Of a DNA stretch of 64,000 nt, positions 48,982 through 57,849 are shown in pieces. The DNA comes from an uncultured Bacteroidales bacterium (lineage in GTDB: Bacteria; Bacteroidota; Bacteroidia; Bacteroidales; Bacteroidaceae). The stretch is taken from assembly GCA_937900095.1 (NCBI GenBank), contig CALCEC010000081.1, positions 6,706-70,705 of the forward strand. Reading direction: 5' to 3'. The notes under the pieces were generated by a model. That model did not search any database and was not told the origin of the DNA. It saw only the letters and a program-made list of their open reading frames with translations. A program made the translations under genes and the position numbers. Numbering within the stretch: position 1 is the stretch's first letter; every line of letters starts with the position of its first letter.

Positions 48982-49737
48982 TCAGTCTTTCATCTTAGCC
49001 TTGATGAACTCACGGTTCAGGCGAGCGATGTTGCTGATTGAAACGCACTTTGGACACTCGGCCTCACAAGCACGGGTGTTGGTACAGTTACCGAAGCCCA
49101 GCTCGTCCATCTTGGCAACCATTGCCTTAACGCGCTTCTTGGCCTCAACCTTACCCTGTGGCAACAATGCGAACTGGCTGACTTTAGCCGATACGAACAA
49201 CATTGCAGAACCGTTCTTACAAGCAGCTACACAAGCACCGCAACCGATACAAGCCGCTGCATCCATAGCCTCCTCGGCGATATCCTTGCCGATGGGGATT
49301 GCATTAGCGTCGGGCATACCACCGGTGTTGATGGATACGTAACCGCCTGCCTGCTGTATCTTGTCGAACGCTGTACGGTCGACCATAAGGTCACGGATTA
49401 CAGGGAAGCCGGCAGAGCGCCATGGTTCAACAGTGATTGTGTCACCGTCCTTGAAACGGCGCATGTACAACTGGCAAGTTGTAGCACCTGTTGCAGGACC
49501 GTGGGGATGACCGTTCACGTAGAGTGAGCACATACCGCAGATACCCTCGCGGCAGTCGTGGTCGAACACGATTGGCTCCTTGTTCTCATTTACCAACTGC
49601 TCGTTAAGGATATCGAGCATCTCAAGGAATGATGTATCGCCAGGAATGTCTTTCATCTGATAGGTCTCGAATGCACCCTTAGCCTTAGGACCTCTCTGAC
49701 GCCATACCTTCAATGTAAAACTTATATTTTTGTCCAT
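48982..49737 (-). CDS. sdhB: succinate dehydrogenase/fumarate reductase iron-sulfur subunit
   Basis: Three Cys clusters: [21 protein letters not shown] and [12 protein letters not shown]. Confidence 0.92.
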   Translation of the reverse strand: MDKNISFTLKVWRQRGPKAKGAFETYQMKDIPGDTSFLEMLDILNEQLVNENKEPIVFDHDCREGICGMCSLYVNGHPHGPATGATTCQLYMRRFKDGDTITVEPWRSAGFPVIRDLMVDRTAFDKIQQAGGYVSINTGGMPDANAIPIGKDIAEEAMDAAACIGCGACVAACKNGSAMLFVSAKVSQFALLPQGKVEAKKRVKAMVAKMDELGFGNCTNTRACEAECPKCVSISNIARLNREFIKAKMKD

Positions 49738-49758
49738 TGTTTACAGATTTAAAGATAA

Positions 49759-51717
49759 TTAGTTCTTGTAGTTACGCTGCTGTACCTTGATGTACTGATA
49801 GTTGAGGTCCTCTTTGATGAGTTCTGGCTCCTGACCCTGGCCGGTATACTTCCAGCAAGCTACGTAAGAGTAGTTCTCATCGTCGCGCTTAGCCTCACCT
49901 TCCTCGGTCTGGTGCTCCTCACGGAAGTGACCACCGCAAGACTCCTCACGGTTGAGGGCGTCGTATGCCATCAAGCGGCCGATCTCGATGAAGTCGAGCA
50001 GACGGAGAGCCTTCTCGAGCTCGATGTTGAGAGTGTCAGCCTCACCCGGGATACGGAGGTCGCTCCAGAAGATCTTCTCTACGCGGTCAATCTCCTTGAG
50101 AGCCTTCTCAAGAGACTCCTTGGTACGTGCCATACCGACATTGTCCCACATTACAAGACCCAACTCCTTGTGGATAGAGTCTACGCTGCGTGTACCCTTG
50201 ATTGCCATGAGCTTTGCAATCTTCTCGTTGACAGCCTTCTCGGCAGCAACGAACTCAGGAGCATCAGTGCTGAAGCGTGGAACCTGGATCTGGTCGGCAA
50301 GATAGTTCTGGATTGTGTAAGGAAGCACGAAGTAACCGTCGGCAAGACCCTGCATGAGGGCAGAAGCACCGAGGCGGTTTGCACCGTGGTCACTGAAGTT
50401 AGCCTCACCGATAGCGAACAGGCCAGGGATTGATGTCTGGAGCTCGTAGTCAACCCAGATACCACCCATTGTGTAGTGGATAGCGGGGAAGATCATCATT
50501 GGCTCCTTGTATGGGTTTGTATCGGCAATCTCCTCGTACATGTCGAAGAGGTTACCGTAGCGCTGACGTACTACATCCTCACCAAGACGCTGGATAGCAT
50601 ACTTGAAGTCGAGGAACACGGCAAGACCTGTGTTGTTCACGCCGAAGCCCTTGTCACAACGCTCTTTTGCAGCGCGTGAAGCAACGTCACGTGGAACGAG
50701 GTTACCGAACGCAGGATAACGGCGCTCGAGGTAGAAGTCACGGTCCTCGTCGGGAATATCGTTAGGATGCTTCTTTCCTGCCTGGAGAGCCTTTGCATCC
50801 TCGAGTTTCTTTGGAACCCAGATGCGTCCGTCATTACGGAGAGACTCAGACATAAGAGTAAGCTTAGACTGCTTGTCACCGTGAACAGGAATACATGTCG
50901 GGTGAATCTGTGCGTAGCATGGGTTAGCGAACCAAGCACCCTTGCGGTAGCATTGCAGAGCTGCAGAACCGTTGCTGCCCATAGCATTTGTAGAAAGGAA
51001 GTAGGTGTTACCGTAACCACCGGTACCTATAACCACAGCGTGAGCCGAGAAGCGCTCTACCTTACCTGTAACAAGGTTACGTGCGATGATACCGCGTGCA
51101 CGGCCGTCGATAACTACAACGTCGAGCATCTCGTAACGTGTGTACAGCTTTACAGTACCCTGGTTAACCTGGTAGTTGAGTGCAGAGTAAGCACCGAGAA
51201 GGAGCTGCTGACCGGTCTGGCCGCGGGCATAGAATGTACGCGATACCTGAGCACCACCGAATGAACGGTTGGCAAGCAGACCGCCGTACTCACGTGCGAA
51301 AGGAACACACTGTGCCACGCACTGGTCGATGATAGCACCTGAAACCTCGGCAAGACGGTGAACGTTGGCCTCACGTGCACGGTAGTCACCACCCTTGATT
51401 GTATCGTAGAAGAGACGGTAAACAGAGTCACCATCGTTCTGATAGTTCTTTGCAGCATTGATACCACCCTGTGCTGCGATAGAGTGAGCACGGCGTGGAG
51501 AATCCTGGATACAGAAATTAAGCACGTTGAAACCCATAGCACCGAGTGATGCGGCAGCAGAAGCACCTGCAAGACCTGTACCTACAACGATGATATCCAA
51601 CTTACGCTTGTTGGCAGGGTTCACCAATTTCTGATGCGCCTTATAGTTAGTCCATTTTTCAGCCAATGGGCCTTCGGGAATTTTAGAATCCACTTTTACT
51701 GAACTTATTTTAGCCAT
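49759..51717 (-). CDS. sdhA: succinate dehydrogenase/fumarate reductase flavoprotein subunit
   Basis: FAD dinucleotide fold [12 protein letters not shown] and covalent-FAD His region [14 protein letters not shown]. Confidence 0.92.
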   Translation of the reverse strand: MAKISSVKVDSKIPEGPLAEKWTNYKAHQKLVNPANKRKLDIIVVGTGLAGASAAASLGAMGFNVLNFCIQDSPRRAHSIAAQGGINAAKNYQNDGDSVYRLFYDTIKGGDYRAREANVHRLAEVSGAIIDQCVAQCVPFAREYGGLLANRSFGGAQVSRTFYARGQTGQQLLLGAYSALNYQVNQGTVKLYTRYEMLDVVVIDGRARGIIARNLVTGKVERFSAHAVVIGTGGYGNTYFLSTNAMGSNGSAALQCYRKGAWFANPCYAQIHPTCIPVHGDKQSKLTLMSESLRNDGRIWVPKKLEDAKALQAGKKHPNDIPDEDRDFYLERRYPAFGNLVPRDVASRAAKERCDKGFGVNNTGLAVFLDFKYAIQRLGEDVVRQRYGNLFDMYEEIADTNPYKEPMMIFPAIHYTMGGIWVDYELQTSIPGLFAIGEANFSDHGANRLGASALMQGLADGYFVLPYTIQNYLADQIQVPRFSTDAPEFVAAEKAVNEKIAKLMAIKGTRSVDSIHKELGLVMWDNVGMARTKESLEKALKEIDRVEKIFWSDLRIPGEADTLNIELEKALRLLDFIEIGRLMAYDALNREESCGGHFREEHQTEEGEAKRDDENYSYVACWKYTGQGQEPELIKEDLNYQYIKVQQRNYKN

Positions 51718-51751
51718 AATATATGATTTTATAATTTACGAAAAATTGATA

Positions 51752-52477
51752 TTAGCAGCAAGCTGCACCCGCCAAAGTAATCTTACCAAGAGCGCCCAAG
51801 CCGAAGAAACCGGCTACAACAACTACCAAGAAACCAAGGATAATGATTGTTGCCAACACATTGCTGATAGTCTTCCAACGGCAGATCCATACGTTGTTGT
51901 TTGCACCGAGAGTCTGCATTGCACTCCAGATACCGTGAGTGAGGTGGAACCAGAGGGCAGCCAACCAAACCACATAGAGAGCTGCATAAACAGGGCAGCT
52001 GAATGTGCTTGCAATGTAGTATGAGCCATTGGCAACATTCTCCATTGTAACAGCGTCAACGTGCATGCCCATCATGTGCAATACCTCGGGCAACTGCATC
52101 TTAGCCCAGAAGTTGAAGAGGTGAAGACCGATACCAAGAATAACGATGATACCCAGAACAAGCATGTTCTGAGAAGCCCATGTCACGTTCTTAGGTCTCT
52201 CGGAAACAGCATAGCGCTGTGAACCGCGGGCCTTTCTGTTCTGCAATGTAAGGATGAAAGCATAGACAAAGTGCAGCACAACAAGAGCAGCAAGACCTGC
52301 TGTTCCCACCAATGCATACCAGTTAGCTCCCAAGAACTCACAAATAGCGTTGTAACCATCGGTGCTGATGATAGCAACCAAGTTCATTGACATGTGGAAA
52401 AGAAGGAAGAGCACCAGGGCTGCACCTGTAACACTCATTACTACCTTTCTTCCCACAGAAGATTTAAATAACCACAT
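51752..52477 (-). CDS. sdhC: succinate dehydrogenase/fumarate reductase cytochrome b subunit
   Basis: Five-TM b558-type subunit. First gene of the CAB operon. Confidence 0.85.
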   Translation of the reverse strand: MWLFKSSVGRKVVMSVTGAALVLFLLFHMSMNLVAIISTDGYNAICEFLGANWYALVGTAGLAALVVLHFVYAFILTLQNRKARGSQRYAVSERPKNVTWASQNMLVLGIIVILGIGLHLFNFWAKMQLPEVLHMMGMHVDAVTMENVANGSYYIASTFSCPVYAALYVVWLAALWFHLTHGIWSAMQTLGANNNVWICRWKTISNVLATIIILGFLVVVVAGFFGLGALGKITLAGAACC

Positions 52478-52938
52478 AATGAATTGATATTAAATTAAAA
52501 TAAATAAATAGTTCGTTCAAAAAATGGCCTATGCACACTATTGTATATAACAAACCGGTGCATACAAGTGAAATGCAAAAACCATCTTTTGCATTCCGCA
52601 ACGGATGATGCCCAATTATGCACATAACCCAATTTGTCACAAAAATAAACCTTTTTTTATAAAAAACACAAAAAGGCAAAATAATTTTAGGTTTTATCGC
52701 TGTTTTACCGTTTTTACATTGTTCTTATAACAAAGCCAGGCAGGGTTTGTGTCGGTGCAAAATCCCATAAAGATTAAAGCGCATATGTGATCACGGAAAA
52801 GATTATTGTAAAAAACTTTGCATTAAAAGAGTCATTTGCTACATTTGCAGTAATTAGGTGTAGAACGGCCCTGACAGATTTGCTGCCCCGTTTGTATGGG
52901 CAGTACCGTTGTGACCGCCCTAAACAGCAGCGGACATT

Positions 52939-53162
52939 GTCATCCCGAGCGAGCAAAGCGACGAAATCCGCAGGGTTCGACAATACTGCGATTAAGCAAG
53001 CGAGATACAAGTTTACTTTAATCTCACTGCGAGCGAAAGCAGGTTCAACGAAGTTAATGCCGACAGCGAATGGTCGCACGTAGCATGGGCAATGCTCATG
53101 CCGTGCGGGTCGCGAAAAGGCGGCATTGTCAAAGGATCTCTCAAAAACAGCGAATAGAGATT
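52939..53162. repeat. 224-bp repeat, copy 1 (inverted relative to copy 2)
   Basis: Reverse complement of 57404-57627. The core 52986-53110 is identical to 57456-57580 over 125 bp. Confidence 0.9.
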
Positions 53163-53290
53163 TTTTCGGGCAAAGCCCTCAACAACACGTCTTCCTGCGG
53201 TCGAAATGACAAAAGATACGAAGTTGCAGAGATGATTTCGTGTTGTATGAATGAACAATACAGGCTTGTAAAATCAGCAATAAATAATAT

Positions 53291-53905
53291 ATGAAAGTTC
53301 TGCTTATTAACGGTAGCCCGCGCAAGGCGGGAAATACATTCCGTGCTTTGACGGAGGTTGCGAATACTCTTGAGTCGTTGGGCGTTGAGAGTGAGATTGT
53401 ACACATAGGGCCTGTGGCGGTGCAGGGTTGTATTGCCTGCTTCCGTTGCAAGGGCTTGGGAAGGTGTATCTTCAATGATACCCCATACGTTACTGTCCGT
53501 GAGAAGATTGAGAGTGCCGATGGCTTGATTGTAGGCTCTCCGGTGTACTATGCAGGTCCTAACGGATCGCTCTGTGCGTTGCTTGACAGGCTTTTCTTCT
53601 CGAGCAAGCAACATCTGCAGTATAAGCCGGCTGCGGCTGTTGCGGTGTGCCGCAGGGGTGGTGCGAGTGCAACCTTTGACCGCCTGAACAAATATTTTAC
53701 CATAAGCAATATGCCTGTTGTCCCGTCACAGTACTGGAACAGCGTGCATGGCCTTATGCCTGGCGACGTGGAGCAGGATGCCGAGGGCTTGCAGACAATG
53801 CGCACGCTTGCACGTAATATGGCATGGATGCTCAAGGCCCTTAATGCGGATGGGGTGGAGCGCCCTGAACGTGAAGAGCCTATCTCGACAAACTTTATAA
53901 GATAA
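53291..53905 (+). CDS. NADPH-dependent FMN reductase/flavodoxin-like fold protein
   Basis: MKVLLINGSPRKAGNT and the Cys cluster CIACFRCKGLGRC (iron-sulfur flavoprotein-like). Confidence 0.75.
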   Translation: MKVLLINGSPRKAGNTFRALTEVANTLESLGVESEIVHIGPVAVQGCIACFRCKGLGRCIFNDTPYVTVREKIESADGLIVGSPVYYAGPNGSLCALLDRLFFSSKQHLQYKPAAAVAVCRRGGASATFDRLNKYFTISNMPVVPSQYWNSVHGLMPGDVEQDAEGLQTMRTLARNMAWMLKALNADGVERPEREEPISTNFIR

Positions 53906-53950
53906 GAATAAAACAATCCCGATGCCTTGCATCGGGATTGTTTTATTCTT
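53904..53950. terminator. bidirectional 22-bp perfect stem-loop
   Basis: aagaataaaacaatcccgatgc / gcatcgggattgttttattctt with a 3-nt loop. Confidence 0.75.
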
Positions 53951-53968
53951 ATTAATTGACTTCGGCAA

Positions 53969-54166
53969 TTACTTGAGAGCGAAGATCTCCTCCTCACCTG
54001 CAACGCAAGAGAAGATTTTGTCCTCACGAAGCAACCAACCCAAACCAAGGTAGAGCTCCTTCTCCTTCAACTTAGCCTTTGTCTTAATCTCTTTCAATGT
54101 GAGACCCTCTGTCTCGTTCAACGCAGTCCAGATACGGCCTGCAAATGCACCAGCATTCTCAATCAT
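53969..54166 (-). CDS. small winged-helix protein (DUF2582-like)
   Basis: Start set at ATG 54166 (MIENAGAFAGRIWTALNE...LTLKEIKTKAKL). Family recalled from memory. Confidence 0.5.
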   Translation of the reverse strand: MIENAGAFAGRIWTALNETEGLTLKEIKTKAKLKEKELYLGLGWLLREDKIFSCVAGEEEIFALK

Positions 54167-54291
54167 AATTTCTTGATATTTTAATTCAACATTAATATAG
54201 CCCAAAGCTATGAGTGACGAAAAACATTGGTTTATAATGTGTTATATTCAAATAACCATTATGTTTGACCTTGTTTTTCTGATTTCGGGTG

Positions 54292-54299
54292 CAAAAGTA
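54292..54299 (-). promoter_or_regulatory. -7 box (TActTTTG) upstream of the winged-helix gene
   Basis: caaaagta on the + strand, 126 nt upstream of ATG 54166. Confidence 0.3.
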
Positions 54300-54469
54300 C
54301 AACAAAAAATTAACCTGACAAACAAAAATACGTGATTTTCAATAATTTTCGCTGTTTTTAGTCTAAAACCCACAATAATCTACCACTCTGTAGAAAAATA
54401 CAACACATATTGTATTACAATATTTTAAGAACAGACTTTGTTCATCTACTGTTCTTGTGCGAACAAAAA

Positions 54470-54497
54470 AGAGAGACGGAAACCTCTCCGTCTCTCT
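54470..54497 (-). terminator. rho-independent terminator of the C_GCAxxG gene
   Basis: agagagacgga / tccgtctctct stem followed by a T-run on the minus strand. Confidence 0.7.
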
Positions 54498-54518
54498 TGC
54501 AATATAATCCGTGTCAAA

Positions 54519-54971
54519 TCACTTGCTCTCAAGATACTCTCCAAAGATACGTGCTGCCTCTTCTACCATTTTCACGCAAGGGCGTTTCTTGTAGTACTCG
54601 GCAGTGCGTGCCTCTGGGGTTGCCGGTGTGGGAGCGTTCTTTGCAAGGCCTAACAGCTCGGCGCAGATGAGCGAGCCGTTACGCTTGCGGAACTCCTCGG
54701 CGAACTCCTGTACCATCTTGTAGTTTGCCTCCTTGCCTTCGCGGTTCTTGCCCTCGGTGCATCCGCTCTCAAGGCCGGCAAGCAGAAACAGTCCGCAGGC
54801 TGCGCCACAGGTCTGGCGCATGCGGCCTATGCCTCCGCCGAAAGATGCCGACATCTTGAGTGCCTGCTCCTGGGTGAAGCCGTAGAGGTCGGCGTATGCT
54901 GCCACAACCGACTGGCTGCAGTTGTAGCCCTCTTTGAACAGCGATACGGCTTTTTCTATTCTCTCTTCCAT
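54519..54971 (-). CDS. C_GCAxxG_C_C family redox-active protein
   Basis: CSQSV, the CGAACG core motif (QTCGAACGLFL) and the C-terminal Cys (RPCVKMV). Confidence 0.8.
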   Translation of the reverse strand: MEERIEKAVSLFKEGYNCSQSVVAAYADLYGFTQEQALKMSASFGGGIGRMRQTCGAACGLFLLAGLESGCTEGKNREGKEANYKMVQEFAEEFRKRNGSLICAELLGLAKNAPTPATPEARTAEYYKKRPCVKMVEEAARIFGEYLESK

Positions 54972-55054
54972 GATTATAAGATTTTATATACTGTTTAAAT
55001 TTATGTCCTTGAAACTTTTAAGTAATAATATAGATGTTGTCCAAAACGTATCAT

Positions 55055-55573
55055 GTCATTCTATATTTGCACTGTCATTGACTCGTTTTGCTTTTCGCAA
55101 CCCAAACGGCATAACCTAAACTCCTCCTCTGCCTGAGGGGAGGTGCCAGTTTACTGGCGGAGGGGTGGGAGTGCTACGTTTGACCTGTTGCTGCAAAACT
55201 CGTCGATAACAAAACAAAAGAGCATTGGTTCGTTCATTGTTACACTAATGAACTCACCGATAACAAAACGTTGTTTTGTCATTCTGGGTGCAACGAAGAA
55301 TCTCCTTTTTCGCAGTTGTTTTAGATGCTTTGCTCGCTCGGGATGACATTGTTCGCGTACTTGTCATTTCATAGAGTTGTCATTCTGTATTTGCACTGCC
55401 ATTGACTCGTTTTGCTTTTAGTGCACCGCAGGGCATCACTTTTAGCGATGCAGCCTGCGACGTTCACTGCAAAACTCGTCAATAACAAAACGTTGTTTTG
55501 TCATTCTGAACGAATGTGAAGAATCTCTTATTCGCGGTGTTTTAAGATGCTTCGCTTCGCTCCAGCATGAAAG
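55055..55573. repeat. two tandem composite copies of intergenic repeat modules
   Basis: Unit A is 55055-55347 and unit B is 55379-55573. They share gtcattctRtatttgcactgYcattgactcgttttgctttt ... ctgcaaaactcgtcRataacaaaacgttgttttgtcattctg. Confidence 0.8.
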
Positions 55574-55625
55574 GCTTGCGGTTGTATAATAGTTCCCTCT
55601 CTTTTGGAGAGGGTTAGGGTGAGGC

Positions 55626-57329
55626 CTATATCTTACTCTCGACAACGGCAAGAATCTCCTTCTCGGCCTGCTGTGCAAGTGCCTGAATCTCCTCGGCCTC
55701 CTTAACAAGCCTGTCAGCGGTCTCTCGGTCCTTGAGTCCGGCAGCGTTAATCTTGACGTTGAGACATGCACCCATCACTGCCGAGCGTGCGGCCAATGCG
55801 CCCACTCCTGCGTCCGATACTGAATTCGGGTTGCCCTCCTCGGCCATGGCGCGTACAACGTCAAAAGCTTTATAGGCGGCCTTCATCGTGCGCAAGGGAA
55901 CCTCTGTTGCATATAGTGTCGCAACCTGCATTGCTGCTGCACGTGCCGCCTTCTCCTCGGGGGTGTTCTTTGGCATTGCGAATACATCCATAATCTTGTT
56001 GAAGGCGGCAGTATCCTCGTCGACAAGTGCAAGCAGCTCGTTCATTACCTGCATGCCGTTCTCGGCCCAGCCCGAGAAGTACTCCCAGCGGTCGTCCCAT
56101 CCGGCTTTGTGCGATGAGAGGTTGGCAACCATTGTTCCCAGTGCCGCTGCAAGGGCACCCATATATGCCGATATTGAGCCTCCGCCCGGTGCAGGTGACT
56201 CACTTGCAGTTTCCTCGGCAAAAGCCTTACAGGTCATGTCAACGAGCTTATTCACGCTCTTCTGCTCATCGGCCTCAAGCATATACTCTATGACCTTCTC
56301 CTCGGGCTTGAACTCCTTGAGTGTAGAAAGGCCCATTGTCTCAATAGCTATGCGTACAAGCTCTCTCTCGGGCACGCCTGTCGAGCGGTGCTGTTTGCGC
56401 AGGAAATAACGGCCTGCGTCAACAAGAACCTTCTTCGGTACCAGGCCCACAATCTCTGTTCCTGTCACGCGCACGCCGCGTGCATCTGCCGCACGGCACA
56501 CCTCGTCAAAGGCAACATGCAACGGGGTGACAGAGAGGTCGGTCATGTTCATAGATACCTGCGCAATGCCATATTCATCAATGAACCAACCGATGGCCTT
56601 GCATGCCTTCAGGGTGCCTGGCTTCATTACAGGCTCGCCGTTCTCGTCCTTTATTATCTTGCCCACTATTGGGTTACCCTCGCGCATGGGACGCCCCTTC
56701 TCGCGCACGTCGAATGCTATGGCATTAGCGCGGCGGGTGGATGTGGTGTTCAGGTTATAGTTTACCGCTACAAGGAAGTCACGCGCTCCCACTGCTGTCG
56801 CTCCTGTGCGTGCGATGCCTTCGTCAAAGGCGCGTGCGCCAAAGTCGGGCTGCTCTTCGGTGCTTGTCATCCTCTCGGGCAATGCCTCATACTCTCCCTT
56901 GCGGCATACGGCAAGGTTGCGGCGCTCGGGCTTGAAGGCTGCAGCCTCGTAGCAGTATGTTGGCACGCCCAACTCGTCTGCTATTCGTTTGGCAAGGCCT
57001 CGTGCAAGCTCGGCGCACTCCTCCATGGTGATGCCCGATACAGGAATGAGCGGGCACACGTCACAGGCACCCATACGTGGGTGAGCACCCTTGTGCTGGC
57101 GCATGTCAATGAGCTCAGTGGCACGCTTGATTGATGACACTGCTGCATTCATTACAGCCTCGGGTTCTCCAACAAAGGTTACTACAGTACGGTTTGTTGC
57201 TTCTCCCGGGTCCACATCCAATAGCTTTACACCCTTGACACTCTCGATGGCATCTGTTATCTGCTTGATTGTTTCTGCATTACGGCCCTCGGAAAAGTTG
57301 GGCACGCACTCAATGATTCTCTTCTGCAT
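55626..57329 (-). CDS. ftcD: bifunctional glutamate formimidoyltransferase / formimidoyltetrahydrofolate cyclodeaminase
   Basis: N-terminal IIECVPNFSEGRN transferase domain and C-terminal cyclodeaminase domain with SPAPGGGSISAYMGALAAALG. Confidence 0.9.
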   Translation of the reverse strand: MQKRIIECVPNFSEGRNAETIKQITDAIESVKGVKLLDVDPGEATNRTVVTFVGEPEAVMNAAVSSIKRATELIDMRQHKGAHPRMGACDVCPLIPVSGITMEECAELARGLAKRIADELGVPTYCYEAAAFKPERRNLAVCRKGEYEALPERMTSTEEQPDFGARAFDEGIARTGATAVGARDFLVAVNYNLNTTSTRRANAIAFDVREKGRPMREGNPIVGKIIKDENGEPVMKPGTLKACKAIGWFIDEYGIAQVSMNMTDLSVTPLHVAFDEVCRAADARGVRVTGTEIVGLVPKKVLVDAGRYFLRKQHRSTGVPERELVRIAIETMGLSTLKEFKPEEKVIEYMLEADEQKSVNKLVDMTCKAFAEETASESPAPGGGSISAYMGALAAALGTMVANLSSHKAGWDDRWEYFSGWAENGMQVMNELLALVDEDTAAFNKIMDVFAMPKNTPEEKAARAAAMQVATLYATEVPLRTMKAAYKAFDVVRAMAEEGNPNSVSDAGVGALAARSAVMGACLNVKINAAGLKDRETADRLVKEAEEIQALAQQAEKEILAVVESKI

Positions 57330-57403
57330 ATTATTTTAATGTCAATATATGTACTTTTTGTTGTTACATTTCTTTGTACTTGTCATTCTGAACGAATGTG
57401 AAG

Positions 57404-57627
57404 AATCTCTTATTCGCGTTTTTTTGAGATTCTTTGACAATGCCGCCTTTTCGCTACCCGCACGGCATGAGCATTGCCCATGCTACGTGCGACCATTCGC
57501 TGTCGGCATTAACTTCGTTGAACCTGCTTTCGCTCGCAGTGAGATTAAAGTAAACTTGTATCTCGCTTGCTTAATCGCAGCATTGTCGAACCCTCCGGAT
57601 TTCGTCGCTACGCTCTGTCGGGATGAC
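57404..57627. repeat. 224-bp repeat, copy 2
   Basis: See copy 1. Embedded in further half-site modules extending to about 57712. Confidence 0.9.
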
Positions 57628-57801
57628 AAGTTCGCAGTTTTTGAGATCCCTCCCTGCGGTTCGGGATGACAATGCTGGCGGTTTTTACAGATCCTTTCAG
57701 TCGTCATAATGACAATGCTTGCGCAAGTTCACGCTCTATGACAAATGTAGGGATATTTTTCGTAAAAGCATTGTCAAGGTGTATATTTTTTGCATATAAA
57801 A

Positions 57802-57829
57802 AAGGAGGGTGGCGAATGCCACCCTCCTT
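57802..57829 (-). terminator. rho-independent terminator of the T9SS cargo gene
   Basis: aaggagggtggc / gccaccctcctt stem with a 4-nt loop and a T-run on the minus strand. Confidence 0.75.
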
Positions 57830-57849
57830 GAAAGGTTATAGTATGAAAA

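Noticed and set aside
52960-53000. tRNA-like GGTTCGA T-loop motif
   Set aside because: The putative stem (cgcag/ctgcg) encloses a 12-nt loop and is broken in the second repeat copy. No acceptor or anticodon arms can be drawn.
52774-53079. 101-aa ORF, and its near-twin at 57349-57669
   Set aside because: Both lie in the two inverted copies of the 224-bp repeat. The similarity is at nucleotide level, including non-coding flanks, and neither has a start context or family resemblance.
55055-55573. Possible CRISPR array
   Set aside because: There are only two long composite units with irregular sub-modules, no short constant repeat alternating with unique spacers, and no cas genes.
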